Shown here one piece after another: positions 8,230 to 16,859 of a DNA stretch of 37,340 nt. The DNA is from a virus, in UHGV virus genome UHGV-1403306; one strand, given 5' to 3'. The notes under the pieces were generated by a model. It did not search any database. It worked only from the letters and a program-made list of their open reading frames with translations, and was not told the origin of the DNA. How positions within the stretch are numbered: the stretch's first letter is position 1; each line of letters starts with the position of its first letter. Position numbers and translations under genes: made by a program.

Positions 8230-9207
8230 TTACCCTTGTGTCGTAGTAGTCGTTGTTGTTGGTTTTGTCGTTGTCGTTGTTGTTTCACCACTAATTGTTG
8301 CTTCTACTACACCTTCTGGAATTTCAGGGAATAATGTTAAAGCATTCATAAACAATGATTCAAATGTTGCATTTCGTAGAGTACGTCCACGAGTCGCTGA
8401 AATAAAACCAGTTTCATCAACAAAGTCCACAAAAATATCACCTAAATCAGATGCCTTCATATCCAAGTATGCTAATACGATATTGTCAACGGCGGTAGAA
8501 TAAACCTTTCCTTCTGGGATTGCGTTTAATACAATAACGTTTGTTGCACCTAGAAAGTTTTTCAATAAGGTCATACCAAATACATTAGATGCATCTGCTA
8601 AGACTTTTGTATCCCCTAAGTAGGTTGCTACATCCATAGGATTTACAAAGGAAACAAATTGAGCGCCATCAAACTCTTCGAATGTACTTAGTTTCCCCCA
8701 TGATTGTGCTAACGCTTTTTGTAACCCTTCAGCTGGAATTTTAGTAGGAGCTGTCCCTAAAAAATTAACAAATTGCGTTTTAATTCCACCTTGAATTTGG
8801 CGCAATAATTTTTCGTCAGATTGATCAATCGCAATAGATGCTCCATGACGAGCAATTGCTTCAGCAGTTACTGCACGGCGCCATTTATTAAATGTTACTG
8901 TAAATGATTTTCCTTTAGCTCGAGTTACTTTGGATAAAGGAATATCATCGCCTTCCGCAACATTTCCATCTTTTAATGACGTTGTCCATTTGTACATTTG
9001 AATTTTCATATCTTTAGATAAAGGTTCTAACCGTGTTACACCTAATAACTCTAATAATTCTTTGATGCCTTTCTCAAAACGATTCACAAAATCAATGGAT
9101 TTAATTTCTCCTAAATCGTCCATTTTTGTAAGGTCTGGTTCTGCCGCAAATAGTTGCAAATCCATTTTTAATAAACGTTCTTTATTAGTTTTTGACATAT
9201 TTTTCAT
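8230..9207 (-). CDS. Major capsid protein with a C-terminal poly-Thr tail (…GETTTTTTKPTTTTTTTQG)
   Basis: 325-aa ORF after the scaffold gene. The N-terminus LKMDLQLFAAEP resembles that of the scaffold. The C-terminal TTTTTTKPTTTTTTTQG is coded at 8233-8289. Confidence 0.75.
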   Translation of the reverse strand: MKNMSKTNKERLLKMDLQLFAAEPDLTKMDDLGEIKSIDFVNRFEKGIKELLELLGVTRLEPLSKDMKIQMYKWTTSLKDGNVAEGDDIPLSKVTRAKGKSFTVTFNKWRRAVTAEAIARHGASIAIDQSDEKLLRQIQGGIKTQFVNFLGTAPTKIPAEGLQKALAQSWGKLSTFEEFDGAQFVSFVNPMDVATYLGDTKVLADASNVFGMTLLKNFLGATNVIVLNAIPEGKVYSTAVDNIVLAYLDMKASDLGDIFVDFVDETGFISATRGRTLRNATFESLFMNALTLFPEIPEGVVEATISGETTTTTTKPTTTTTTTQG

Positions 9208-9219
9208 AAGTTATTCCTC

Positions 9220-9879
9220 CTAGAATAAATCTCTATTTTGAGCAATCATTCTTTGACGCTCTTTAGAGTCTTTAATTTGCATAATTTCAGCTTTAGTCAT
9301 TTGACCACCGTTATTGCCTACTCGTGTCTTATTTTTGCTAGCAAGGCGCTCGTTCACCTTTGCTTCTACAGCTTTATCCCATTCATCACGAAATGCCTTT
9401 ACATCTTCCAGAATTTCTTCAGCTGTTTCTCCGGTAATTCTATGGGCAAAATCAGAAGGCATACCTTCGGCTTTTAACTGATTTCCTTTTTCAACGAACA
9501 GTTGCTGTTTTTGGAACTCAGCCTTTTGTTTTTCAAACTCTTCTTTTTCTTTATCAAGAATAGCTTGTTGTCGCTCTTTTTCTGAAAGTTTCGCTAAACG
9601 AGCGGCTTCATTCTTTTGTTCTTCTAAATCTTTTTGCCAACGTGATTTTTTACTTTTGATAATCTCATCAACATCTTTATCGTCTTTTAATCCGAACTTT
9701 TCTTTAATTGAAGTCAGCTGTTCTTCATCTAGTTCATCGAGATTCAATGATTTTTGTTCATCTTCATTTTGTTGCTGATGATTATCTCCTCCACCTGAAC
9801 TATTTCCATTATCTGCAGCAAAAAATTGTAATTGCATTGGTAATAAATTACATGTTTTCATTTGACTTTCTCCTTCCAT
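9220..9879 (-). CDS. Capsid scaffolding protein; likely true start is the Met at 9861 (MKTCNLLPMQLQFFAADNG)
   Basis: Coiled-coil, charged ORF with the N-terminal MQLQFFA motif typical of Gram-positive phage scaffolds. RBS GGAAGGAG lies 8 nt before the internal ATG at 9861. Confidence 0.65.
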   Translation of the reverse strand: MEGESQMKTCNLLPMQLQFFAADNGNSSGGGDNHQQQNEDEQKSLNLDELDEEQLTSIKEKFGLKDDKDVDEIIKSKKSRWQKDLEEQKNEAARLAKLSEKERQQAILDKEKEEFEKQKAEFQKQQLFVEKGNQLKAEGMPSDFAHRITGETAEEILEDVKAFRDEWDKAVEAKVNERLASKNKTRVGNNGGQMTKAEIMQIKDSKERQRMIAQNRDLF

Positions 9880-9957
9880 AGCTTTTATTGAGAATCAATG
9901 CTTGCTCATTTCCGTAGCTTTTTTTGTCATCCACGCCTGGACAAAATAAAAAGCCGT

Positions 9958-10305
9958 TTAAAACGACTCAACTTCTAATTCTTTGTAAATGTTTAATAAT
10001 TTAGGAAACTGAATAGCAATCCAATCAACGATTTCTTCATTTCTTGGCCATTCTGCGTTATTGTCTAATCCCGATTCAAATAAAATAGCATGGATAATTT
10101 CATGGCGTATGGTTCTAGCTTCATATATATCAATTTCTTGAAAATTATCTGGATCTCCGTTATCTAACTGATTAATAAAAATTTCTTTGGTCGTAAAATC
10201 AGTGACACCGTCTGCACCGCGCATAAAAGGCTTGTCTGCTTCTGTTGTCTCTTTATAAATTGTGTATTCTACGCCTAATACATTAACTTTTGCTTTTTCT
10301 TTCAT
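9958..10305 (-). CDS. Hypothetical protein with an HExxH motif (RHEIIHAILFESG) in the head module
   Basis: 115-aa ORF between the Mu-F-like and scaffold genes. A zincin-like HEIIH motif is the only recognisable feature. Confidence 0.4.
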   Translation of the reverse strand: MKEKAKVNVLGVEYTIYKETTEADKPFMRGADGVTDFTTKEIFINQLDNGDPDNFQEIDIYEARTIRHEIIHAILFESGLDNNAEWPRNEEIVDWIAIQFPKLLNIYKELEVESF

Positions 10306-10489
10306 TACTATTTTCCTTTCTCAAATGCTCTTCATAATCAGAGTCAAGGTAATCATATGGATCTGGTGGTACTTCTTTTTGTTCGTAATGAATTCCTGTC
10401 TTAATCAGCATAATCGTTATTGCTAGTGAAAACCCTAAGAAAGGCATGCCAATAATTAAAGCAATAAATCTTAGCAACATTTTAAACAT
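10283..10489 (-). CDS. Small membrane protein (one TM helix, acidic tail)
   Basis: 68-aa ORF with a hydrophobic N-terminal segment, in the head module. Confidence 0.3.
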   Translation of the reverse strand: MFKMLLRFIALIIGMPFLGFSLAITIMLIKTGIHYEQKEVPPDPYDYLDSDYEEHLRKENSNERKSKS

Positions 10490-11384
10490 CCCTCAATTCT
10501 TTTTTACTTGGAATGATCGTACTTCGACAGTTCACGTGCATCGGTGGTGCATTTAGACCAGGTTGAAAATCTGCTAATTTAAAGACGTCACCGTTTAGAC
10601 CTTTGCATATTTCGGTAGTGCGATTGTCAATATGAGCAAGGTATTCATATTCAGTGAAACCAGCATCTATATAGCGTTTTGCCGTAGCATTATTGATAAT
10701 ATTCGTTCCATCTGTACGAATGATTGCTTCAGCTCTTGAACGCGCTACATTGTATTTTTTTCTTAACTCCCTTGCCATTTCAGCAGGGCCCAATCCTCTT
10801 ACAAATCCTTTAACTAAAGTATTCCTCAAGTCATTAGCTAAATCATCTACATTTCCCCAAATACTTTGCGAATAGTTTTTTCCATTGAATGGTGTATTCA
10901 CTAATTGTTCTAAGGTAGGTAGATTTAAAGTACTCGCAGAATTTCCACCAGATATTTTTCTATATGCGTACTTCGCGACTTCTTTCAAATAGTCATTAAA
11001 TGATTGTTCAAGATCACCGCGCATCACACCTAATTGATAAAGCAAGTCTAGCTGTAACGCCTCTAATCGAGTGACTTTTCCAGCTCTATATTGTTCATTT
11101 AAGCGTTTCAATAATTCCGGGTCTTTTTTAGCCGCTTTGAAATATTTCTTGGCATTCTCTCTATAATCACTTAAGTCCTCCCTCATGAGCCGTTTTTTTG
11201 CTTCTTGCATAGAGATTCTATTTTCTTTAGCATACTGAGTATAAAATTTATATATCTCTTTCTGGATGTTCTGGCGATTTTCTGTGTATATAGATTGTAA
11301 TTCATCGAAGAAATCTAAATCCGTTTTATCAACGTAAGCCATGATTTCATCCATACGCTTTATCCAATATTGCTGTGAAGTCAT
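10482..11384 (-). CDS. Minor head / head morphogenesis protein (Mu F / SPP1 gp7 family)
   Basis: 300-aa ORF after portal. The C-terminal …ICKGLNGDVFKL…PPMHVNCRSTIIP motif is typical of Phage_Mu_F. Confidence 0.75.
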   Translation of the reverse strand: MTSQQYWIKRMDEIMAYVDKTDLDFFDELQSIYTENRQNIQKEIYKFYTQYAKENRISMQEAKKRLMREDLSDYRENAKKYFKAAKKDPELLKRLNEQYRAGKVTRLEALQLDLLYQLGVMRGDLEQSFNDYLKEVAKYAYRKISGGNSASTLNLPTLEQLVNTPFNGKNYSQSIWGNVDDLANDLRNTLVKGFVRGLGPAEMARELRKKYNVARSRAEAIIRTDGTNIINNATAKRYIDAGFTEYEYLAHIDNRTTEICKGLNGDVFKLADFQPGLNAPPMHVNCRSTIIPSKKELRDV

Positions 11385-11396
11385 TCAATCAGCCCC

Positions 11397-11621
11397 TTAA
11401 TTTGAAACGCCAGTCAGAATGCCAATAGTGAATCTTAAAGCCTGATTTTCATTAAACCCCTCATCTAAACATTTATCAAAAAGATATTTTCCCTGCTTAG
11501 CAATAAATTCTAAACTTCTTTGCGTTTCGAAAAATGTAGCTTCAAGTGTTTGATTATTCTCATTCATCTTCATTAATTCCTTTAGCTGCTTCTCGTTCAT
11601 CGTCGTCATTCCCCATTTCAT
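11397..11621 (-). CDS. Hypothetical small protein; start probably an internal Met near 11567
   Basis: 74-aa ORF overlapping the portal 3' end by ~60 nt. An internal Met would reduce the overlap to a few nt. Confidence 0.3.
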   Translation of the reverse strand: MKWGMTTMNEKQLKELMKMNENNQTLEATFFETQRSLEFIAKQGKYLFDKCLDEGFNENQALRFTIGILTGVSN

Positions 11622-13143
11622 TCTTATTCACTTCAGGCCTTCGTGGTTCTGGCTTATCATTTGTTTCTTCCTTAATACGTTTTAGTTCGACATCGGGATT
11701 GACACCCGTTACTGTAGACAATATTTCAAATAGTGTTTCATCTGAAACTTGTCCAACTAATTGACTAGCTAATGAAACAATCTCGTTATCTGATTTAGGA
11801 ACATTCGCAGTAAATATAATATTCGTATTATTAATATCATTGTAAGCTGTTGAATCGTTCCCTTTTATTTGCCAAATATTAATAGCTAGGCGCAATCGTC
11901 TCATCAAACCTTTTTCAAATAAGCGCTGTTGCATAACCCGCCGATTATCCGCAGCCATTAACTTGTATTTCATACTCTCACCTGATTGTGTACCACTGAA
12001 ATTGGCATCCAATGTATCTGGTGTAAAAGTAAATCGTAAAATATCATTAACCAATCTTTTCTTATAAGTCTCTGCACCTTCTGAGTCATATTCTTTTATG
12101 AGATATTTTGCATCAGGTTCTGATCCGTTTGGATTTGGATTATCATCTAAAATCATTATTCGTGCTTTTTTGAAAGCTAAAGAAACAGCTAACCGTGAAT
12201 TAGGAACAATATTACCATCTTCATCTAAGTCATTTTGAGCAGTCCCTGTGTATGGATTTCCTTTGATAAGCAAAATAGCGTCCATTGTGTCCTGCTGATA
12301 ATTAGCTAACTCAGATTGAGACAAATCATAAGCATCAATTGAATCTAAAACAGGTTCGTATGCACCTGTACGGTCTTCATTATTTGCGAATTCATTAATA
12401 GGTACGCCATTAAACGCATAATCTTCAAAGTCTAATAATGTCAATCCCTTTTTATTCTGGTTGTCATTGACATAGATGTATAACATGTCAGATGTATAAA
12501 CGTTTATAAAATCCTTACGCACCCCATCGCCATAATCTATTGAATAATAATAAACACCAAATAAAGAATTACTGTCAGTCGTATCATCATATACAATGAA
12601 TGTCTGCTCTGGGTTTAATTTAACTAGTTTTACAAACGCTTGTTCATCTTGTAAAGCAATTGTTTCCAACTCGTAGGCTCTGCCATAGATTGACAAATCG
12701 GTTTTGATAAGTACGTTGTGATAGGCTTCGTTGTTTTGCTTATTGAAGTCATCGATTTTTTCTTGCAGTTCATCATTTTCATTTTTGTACTGGACCGGCT
12801 GTCCCAACATATAGCCTTGCTCAAAAATAGTGATATATCTAGCAAAATCACTTGCTATTCTATTGTCGGCAGCGTATTCATCAGTTTTTGGAGGACGATA
12901 TTTGATGTTATTATCTGCTAAGTAATAGCGTTTAAGCTCTTTTAAACGTGGCACTTGTTCAGCAAGATGTCGATTAACAAATCTTTTTAGTTGAGTAATC
13001 CATGTTTCACTATCAAATTCTAGGCTTTCAAAATCTTCCTGTGCCATTCTAAAAACCGCATTCGCATTTTTATGATACCTGTGATTTCTTAAAAACGTTA
13101 CTTCATTCTTTTTATTCACTTTTTCATCCCTTTCTTTATCCAA
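11560..13143 (-). CDS. Portal protein
   Basis: 527-aa ORF immediately after TerL with an overlapping start. Size and position are typical of an SPP1-type portal. Acidic C-terminus. Confidence 0.8.
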   Translation of the reverse strand: MDKERDEKVNKKNEVTFLRNHRYHKNANAVFRMAQEDFESLEFDSETWITQLKRFVNRHLAEQVPRLKELKRYYLADNNIKYRPPKTDEYAADNRIASDFARYITIFEQGYMLGQPVQYKNENDELQEKIDDFNKQNNEAYHNVLIKTDLSIYGRAYELETIALQDEQAFVKLVKLNPEQTFIVYDDTTDSNSLFGVYYYSIDYGDGVRKDFINVYTSDMLYIYVNDNQNKKGLTLLDFEDYAFNGVPINEFANNEDRTGAYEPVLDSIDAYDLSQSELANYQQDTMDAILLIKGNPYTGTAQNDLDEDGNIVPNSRLAVSLAFKKARIMILDDNPNPNGSEPDAKYLIKEYDSEGAETYKKRLVNDILRFTFTPDTLDANFSGTQSGESMKYKLMAADNRRVMQQRLFEKGLMRRLRLAINIWQIKGNDSTAYNDINNTNIIFTANVPKSDNEIVSLASQLVGQVSDETLFEILSTVTGVNPDVELKRIKEETNDKPEPRRPEVNKNEMGNDDDEREAAKGINEDE

Positions 13144-14428
13144 AGAAGAACTTGGCAGCGTCCATACGTTCCTCTAATGATTGTGGATTCTTCAAGCTTA
13201 AGGTCCTAAGGAGACTGGCCGCGCTGTCTGGTGCATCGTCATGTTCTGCATTTTCTGTATAGTCCAAAATTTCGGCAATGTACTCTTTATCTGTATCTTC
13301 TAACCAAATAATCAAGTGCCAGTACTTACGCAAATAAGTAGATATTTTAATAAATTTATTCATAGATTCATGATATTCAGTAACAAACTGACCGCACTCA
13401 CGTAAATTCTTAGCTAAGTACCCTTTGTCTCCGTTCGTTTCTGTGTGGAAAGTTCCTGCCTGGTAGTGTTGATGCAATCGCAAAATTTCAGGCAAGCAAT
13501 CATCCACATGTTTCTGCCACTTCCTACCATATCCAATAATTGTTCCATCTTTTTGTTCTTTGAAGATGGTTAAGGCTGTGCTGTCATCGCCACCATAAGC
13601 CGCGTCGATGTGTGCTACACCGTTATAAATAAGATTAATACTGTCGGTATAGGTTGGTGCAGTAAATAGCGATTCACTGTCAGCAATATGTTTTAGCTCA
13701 TAGTTTGCCGCAAATAATGATGGTGTCATTGCTTGTTGCAATGCCTGACGTTGTTCTTTGTCAATTAATCCTGTTTCGTAACAATCGAATTTCTTGACGT
13801 TAGGCATTTTAGAGATTGCGTCTTCTTTGTGCCATGGTGTACCTGTGTTAATAAAACGACCACCGCGATTTTTAACGTTCTGCAATTCTTGATACTGAAG
13901 TTTCGTTCTCTCTCGTTCAGCTCGACTGACTCGGTCTTTAATGTTAACAATGTCATCAGTAATAACGATGTCCGCATGTTTACCAGTCAGAGAAGCGTAT
14001 ATTCCCATACCGAGTAATTGAGAGGTTCCTCGGCTAGATGTTTTTAAGTTGGTATCTATTTCCGTGGTGGTCTCTTTCAAAAGCACTAATTCAACGCCAT
14101 ATAATGCAAATACAAGCGTTTTAAAGTATTTGCTAGATAAAACCTTAGCCACTTGTAAAATAATCTCTACGACGTCAGTATCAGTCTTACGTAAGAAGAT
14201 AATGTTTTTATTTGGAAAAAGAACCATCAACAATGCAATTGCAATCGCCAAGGTAGTTGTTTTAAATGAGCCACGATGAGCCAATAACGTTTGATCGTCT
14301 TTCTCAAACAAAAAAGACTTTAACCAATCATTGTGCAATTCTCCTAAATCGTTAAACCCCACTAAATTTCCAAAAATTACCGGGTTCGTTTTGATTAGGT
14401 TCAAATATTTTCGCTTTTTAGGGCTCAT
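13136..14428 (-). CDS. terL: Terminase large subunit
   Basis: 430-aa ORF with a Walker A-like AHRGSFKTT motif, an ATPase N-domain and a nuclease C-domain. It overlaps TerS (ATGA junction). Confidence 0.9.
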   Translation of the reverse strand: MSPKKRKYLNLIKTNPVIFGNLVGFNDLGELHNDWLKSFLFEKDDQTLLAHRGSFKTTTLAIAIALLMVLFPNKNIIFLRKTDTDVVEIILQVAKVLSSKYFKTLVFALYGVELVLLKETTTEIDTNLKTSSRGTSQLLGMGIYASLTGKHADIVITDDIVNIKDRVSRAERERTKLQYQELQNVKNRGGRFINTGTPWHKEDAISKMPNVKKFDCYETGLIDKEQRQALQQAMTPSLFAANYELKHIADSESLFTAPTYTDSINLIYNGVAHIDAAYGGDDSTALTIFKEQKDGTIIGYGRKWQKHVDDCLPEILRLHQHYQAGTFHTETNGDKGYLAKNLRECGQFVTEYHESMNKFIKISTYLRKYWHLIIWLEDTDKEYIAEILDYTENAEHDDAPDSAASLLRTLSLKNPQSLEERMDAAKFFFG

Positions 14429-14874
14429 GTAGAATCATCCTCGAAAAACTGCTCGATTTCGACTGCTGCATCGGAAATATTAAGCGATCCTGAAACCTCG
14501 GTTTCTCTTCGATCTCTCCACTCATCAGGCTTTCTGTTCTTAAGCCAGAAAATTGCGGATGTAGGGTTGGGCGCCACTTGTTTCGTTACTTTTTTGGTTA
14601 CTTCCATGCCCGCTTCTGTTAATTCTTTTGTAACTTCGGTGTATTCATAACCCACCGCACTTTTAAACAGTGCATTTTCAACTTGACGATCTACAACTTC
14701 TTTTCCTCTTTTGAGGGCGGAAGAAATGGAAGAAAACCTCTTTTTCCAATCGGTAAATGTCCGTTCGGATACTCCAACATTTTGTGCGATTTGCTTATCG
14801 ACGAGGCCATCTCGTGCCCACCCTTCGATTTTAATTAACCCTTCGTCAGTCAGCCACTCTGTGTACTTTGCCAT
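14425..14874 (-). CDS. terS: Terminase small subunit (HTH-containing)
   Basis: 149-aa ORF with strong RBS AGGAGGTGAGGTCATG and an N-terminal HTH (…IAQNVGVSERTFTDWKK…). Directly upstream of TerL. Confidence 0.65.
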   Translation of the reverse strand: MAKYTEWLTDEGLIKIEGWARDGLVDKQIAQNVGVSERTFTDWKKRFSSISSALKRGKEVVDRQVENALFKSAVGYEYTEVTKELTEAGMEVTKKVTKQVAPNPTSAIFWLKNRKPDEWRDRRETEVSGSLNISDAAVEIEQFFEDDST

Positions 14875-14900
14875 GACCTCACCTCCTATGTAATTTTATG

Positions 14901-14933
14901 TATAAAAAGAGACACCCAGCAAGTGGATGTCTC
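14901..14933 (-). terminator. Rho-independent terminator (GAGACA-13 nt loop-UGUCUC + U-run) ~25 nt upstream of the terS RBS
   Basis: The inverted repeat gagaca…tgtctc at 14909-14933 is followed on the minus strand by UUUUUAUA. Confidence 0.55.
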
Positions 14934-14999
14934 TCGTGAAGGATAGAAACATCTATTGACGTTTCCTAATTTATTTAAGTAGCTATGCTACCTATTGGC

Positions 15000-15072
15000 G
15001 TGACAGGATTCGAACCCGCATCTTATCTCACACGTAATCAGTTGCATTACCACAATGCTACACGCCAAACCA
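15000..15072 (-). ncRNA. tRNA-like element / probable tRNA pseudogene (perfect 7-bp acceptor, D-arm and TΨC loop TTCGAAT, but a degenerate anticodon arm)
   Basis: On the minus strand: TGGCGTG-TA-GCATtgtggtaATGC-…-GCGGGTTCGAATCCTGT-CACGCCA. The acceptor pairs 7/7 and the D stem 4/4. The T stem has 2 GU pairs. No acceptable anticodon stem exists (best 3/5, loop TTACGTG). The terminator at 14901-14933 lies ~65 nt downstream. Confidence 0.4.
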
Positions 15073-15670
15073 GAAGGAGCGACCTTCTAGCAATTGCTAA
15101 TAAATCAAATTAACCTTTACACACTCTCGTCAGAATGTTTTCCCTTCAGGATGTAGCTTTCGCAGACTTTCACGGCTAAAATGATTATGTCACTGGCAAG
15201 GATTTGCACCTTGTAAGGTCTATATTCCACCACAGTGACCAATCAATCAAACACCAGCAAAAACAATTGATTAAGTTTATCCTAAACGTACCTAGCTGCT
15301 ACTCTATGAGTTTAGGAATTGCTCTCGTGCGTAAGCAGCTGCCGCAGAGATCTGGTTAATGTTCTTATCGTCATATGCTGGGATAGAGCAATATACCTAA
15401 CCTCGACTAGTATGAATCAGGTAGTTACTACTGCATTCCTAGCAACTATTTGTGTCACTTGCAAACCTGTAGAAAAAAGAGGAGGTTATTCACCTCACTT
15501 CATTTTATTGAGAACGTGAGTCTGCAAGTGACCATCGAAAGTCAAATCAAACGGTGACTAAACCAGAAAGCGTTGTGTAATGTGTCCATTTCTTTGACTT
15601 TCGATATTACTATATTAGCATTCAAATTCGTATAAAAACCGCCAACTTTACGCCAAAAAACCGCCAAAAA

Positions 15671-16138
15671 TTATTTATATGCAATTATTTTTCCATTGCG
15701 GTAAGCTTCTGCGAATTCAATCAAAGCTTCTGATTTCATTCTTTGAATACTTCTTTCGGAATAGCCGACTTCTCTAGCAATCTTGTAATTAGAGTAATGG
15801 TCCTGCACACAGAAACTATAGTGCAAAATTTGTCTGCTAGTTAGGCTTAATGCCATAAGCCCAGATAAAATTGCGTCTCTTTCTGCTTCTGCATCTGCTA
15901 ATTGTACTAGCGCATCTTCTGCTTTGTTCCCATGACTTTGGCTTTTAGGCATATCTGTAATAATTGGTGATTTTAAATCTATCAAAGAGCGACCAGCTAT
16001 TCGCTCTAAACGTCTAAAATTCTTCAACACATTTCTGGCATTCGCTTTTGTTTGTCGAAAATCTACTTCTTTTAGCAATTGAATCAAGTGGAATCGCTCC
16101 TTTTGTGGTATAATAACTATGTCGAAAATATTTCTCAC
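15671..16138 (-). CDS. ArpU-family late transcriptional activator (sigma-70 region-4-like HTH at the C-terminus)
   Basis: 155-aa ORF upstream of the packaging module. The C-terminal …YKIAREVGYSERSIQRMKSEALIEFAEAY is a region-4-like HTH. GTG start with no SD. A hairpin abuts the start. Confidence 0.6.
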   Translation of the reverse strand: MRNIFDIVIIPQKERFHLIQLLKEVDFRQTKANARNVLKNFRRLERIAGRSLIDLKSPIITDMPKSQSHGNKAEDALVQLADAEAERDAILSGLMALSLTSRQILHYSFCVQDHYSNYKIAREVGYSERSIQRMKSEALIEFAEAYRNGKIIAYK

Positions 16139-16165
16139 AGCCGGAGCAATCTGGCTTTTTTTATT
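16139..16165 (+). terminator. Plus-strand rho-independent terminator (GCCGGA-GCAA-UCUGGC + U7AU4) abutting the arpU start
   Basis: Hairpin of 6 bp including one GU pair, followed by TTTTTTTATTTT on the plus strand. Confidence 0.45.
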
Positions 16166-16204
16166 TTCTACTAAATAAACTTTTTACAATACGTACTATG
16201 AGAT

Positions 16205-16237
16205 AGTATTTTCAAATACATTTACTCATGATATAAT
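16205..16237 (+). promoter_or_regulatory. Candidate plus-strand sigma-A promoter (extended -10 TGATATAAT)
   Basis: catgaTATAATc preceded by TG, with a TTTCAA/TTCAAA -35-like hexamer 15-16 nt upstream. It points into an ORF-poor intergenic region and ends at the terminator at 16407-16437. Confidence 0.35.
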
Positions 16238-16406
16238 CATATTAACTTTCTTGGGGATTTTATTTCTGAAATAAATTTCTCCTTTTCTATGATAACTGGC
16301 GGAAAACAGTTATCGATAGTTCCTGTCTCCACCAGAGACACAATGTCAACCTTATTTGTTGGCACTATTAGCACTTTACTTGGGAAAAGTGCTAACTACC
16401 ACATTA

Positions 16407-16437
16407 GTCAGCCATTGGTCGGCTGGCTTTTTGTTTG
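16407..16437 (+). terminator. Plus-strand rho-independent terminator (GUCAGCC-AUUGGUC-GGCUGGC + UUUUUGUUUG)
   Basis: 7-bp stem with one GU pair, followed by a T-rich run. Confidence 0.5.
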
Positions 16438-16476
16438 CAAAAAATCGGCTAGTTATTGTAAAAAAGTTGCAATAAG

Positions 16477-16725
16477 TTAAAACTCCAATGTAATTGGCCT
16501 CCCGTATTTTAAAATTCTCCATTCGCCATCTTTTGTATTGGTTTTATTCATATGATTTCTTTCATCACGAGCTATCGTATAATCGAAAAATAAATCGGCT
16601 TTCTCTGCTCCATGTAAGTACTCAACATACACTCCATCAACTTGCCTTCCTAAGATAAAAACTTCTGGATAACTCATACGCTGGAACCCCCTAAATATAG
16701 CCCTAATCCCAAAATAAACGAGCAT
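16477..16725 (-). CDS. Hypothetical protein
   Basis: 82-aa ORF in the early accessory block. Confidence 0.3.
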   Translation of the reverse strand: MLVYFGIRAIFRGFQRMSYPEVFILGRQVDGVYVEYLHGAEKADLFFDYTIARDERNHMNKTNTKDGEWRILKYGRPITLEF

Positions 16726-16859
16726 GAAAGGAAATAAACAAGGTCACTGCTTGTTATGTCATTGCCATACACGAAATAGCTCACGGTTGCTTTGGCTACA
16801 AGAATCATTATTGCAATGCCACTAACTTTATTTATTACTCTTTTCCAGTTGCGTTTCAT
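16674..16859 (-). CDS. Small membrane protein (2 TM helices)
   Basis: 61-aa hydrophobic ORF overlapping its downstream neighbour. Confidence 0.3.
   Translation of the reverse strand: MKRNWKRVINKVSGIAIMILVAKATVSYFVYGNDITSSDLVYFLSCSFILGLGLYLGGSSV

Noticed and set aside
6217-8289. ACN/ACG-rich nucleotide repeats at 6217-6273 and 8233-8289 as a CRISPR array or microsatellite
   Set aside because: They are the in-frame coding sequences of the poly-Thr tails of MCP and MTP. There are no spacer-repeat units. No CRISPR array is present anywhere in the window.
12630-14279. Short ORFs nested in or antisense to the portal and terminase genes (12630..12851, 12718..12921, 13765..13977, 13829..14017, 14049..14279)
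   Set aside because: They are fully contained within confidently assigned large genes and lack start signals. They are shadow ORFs.
15000-15072. Calling the tRNA-like element a functional tRNA
   Set aside because: The acceptor, D and T arms are good, but no 5-bp anticodon stem can be formed (best 3/5). Position 37 would be a pyrimidine. It is kept only as a tRNA-like or pseudogene element pending tRNAscan-SE or ARAGORN.
15319-15519. 66-aa plus-strand ORF in the arpU-terS intergenic region
   Set aside because: No RBS, Cys/Val-rich nonsense composition, and opposite to all transcription in the region. The region is better explained as non-coding (tRNA-like element, terminators, repeats).
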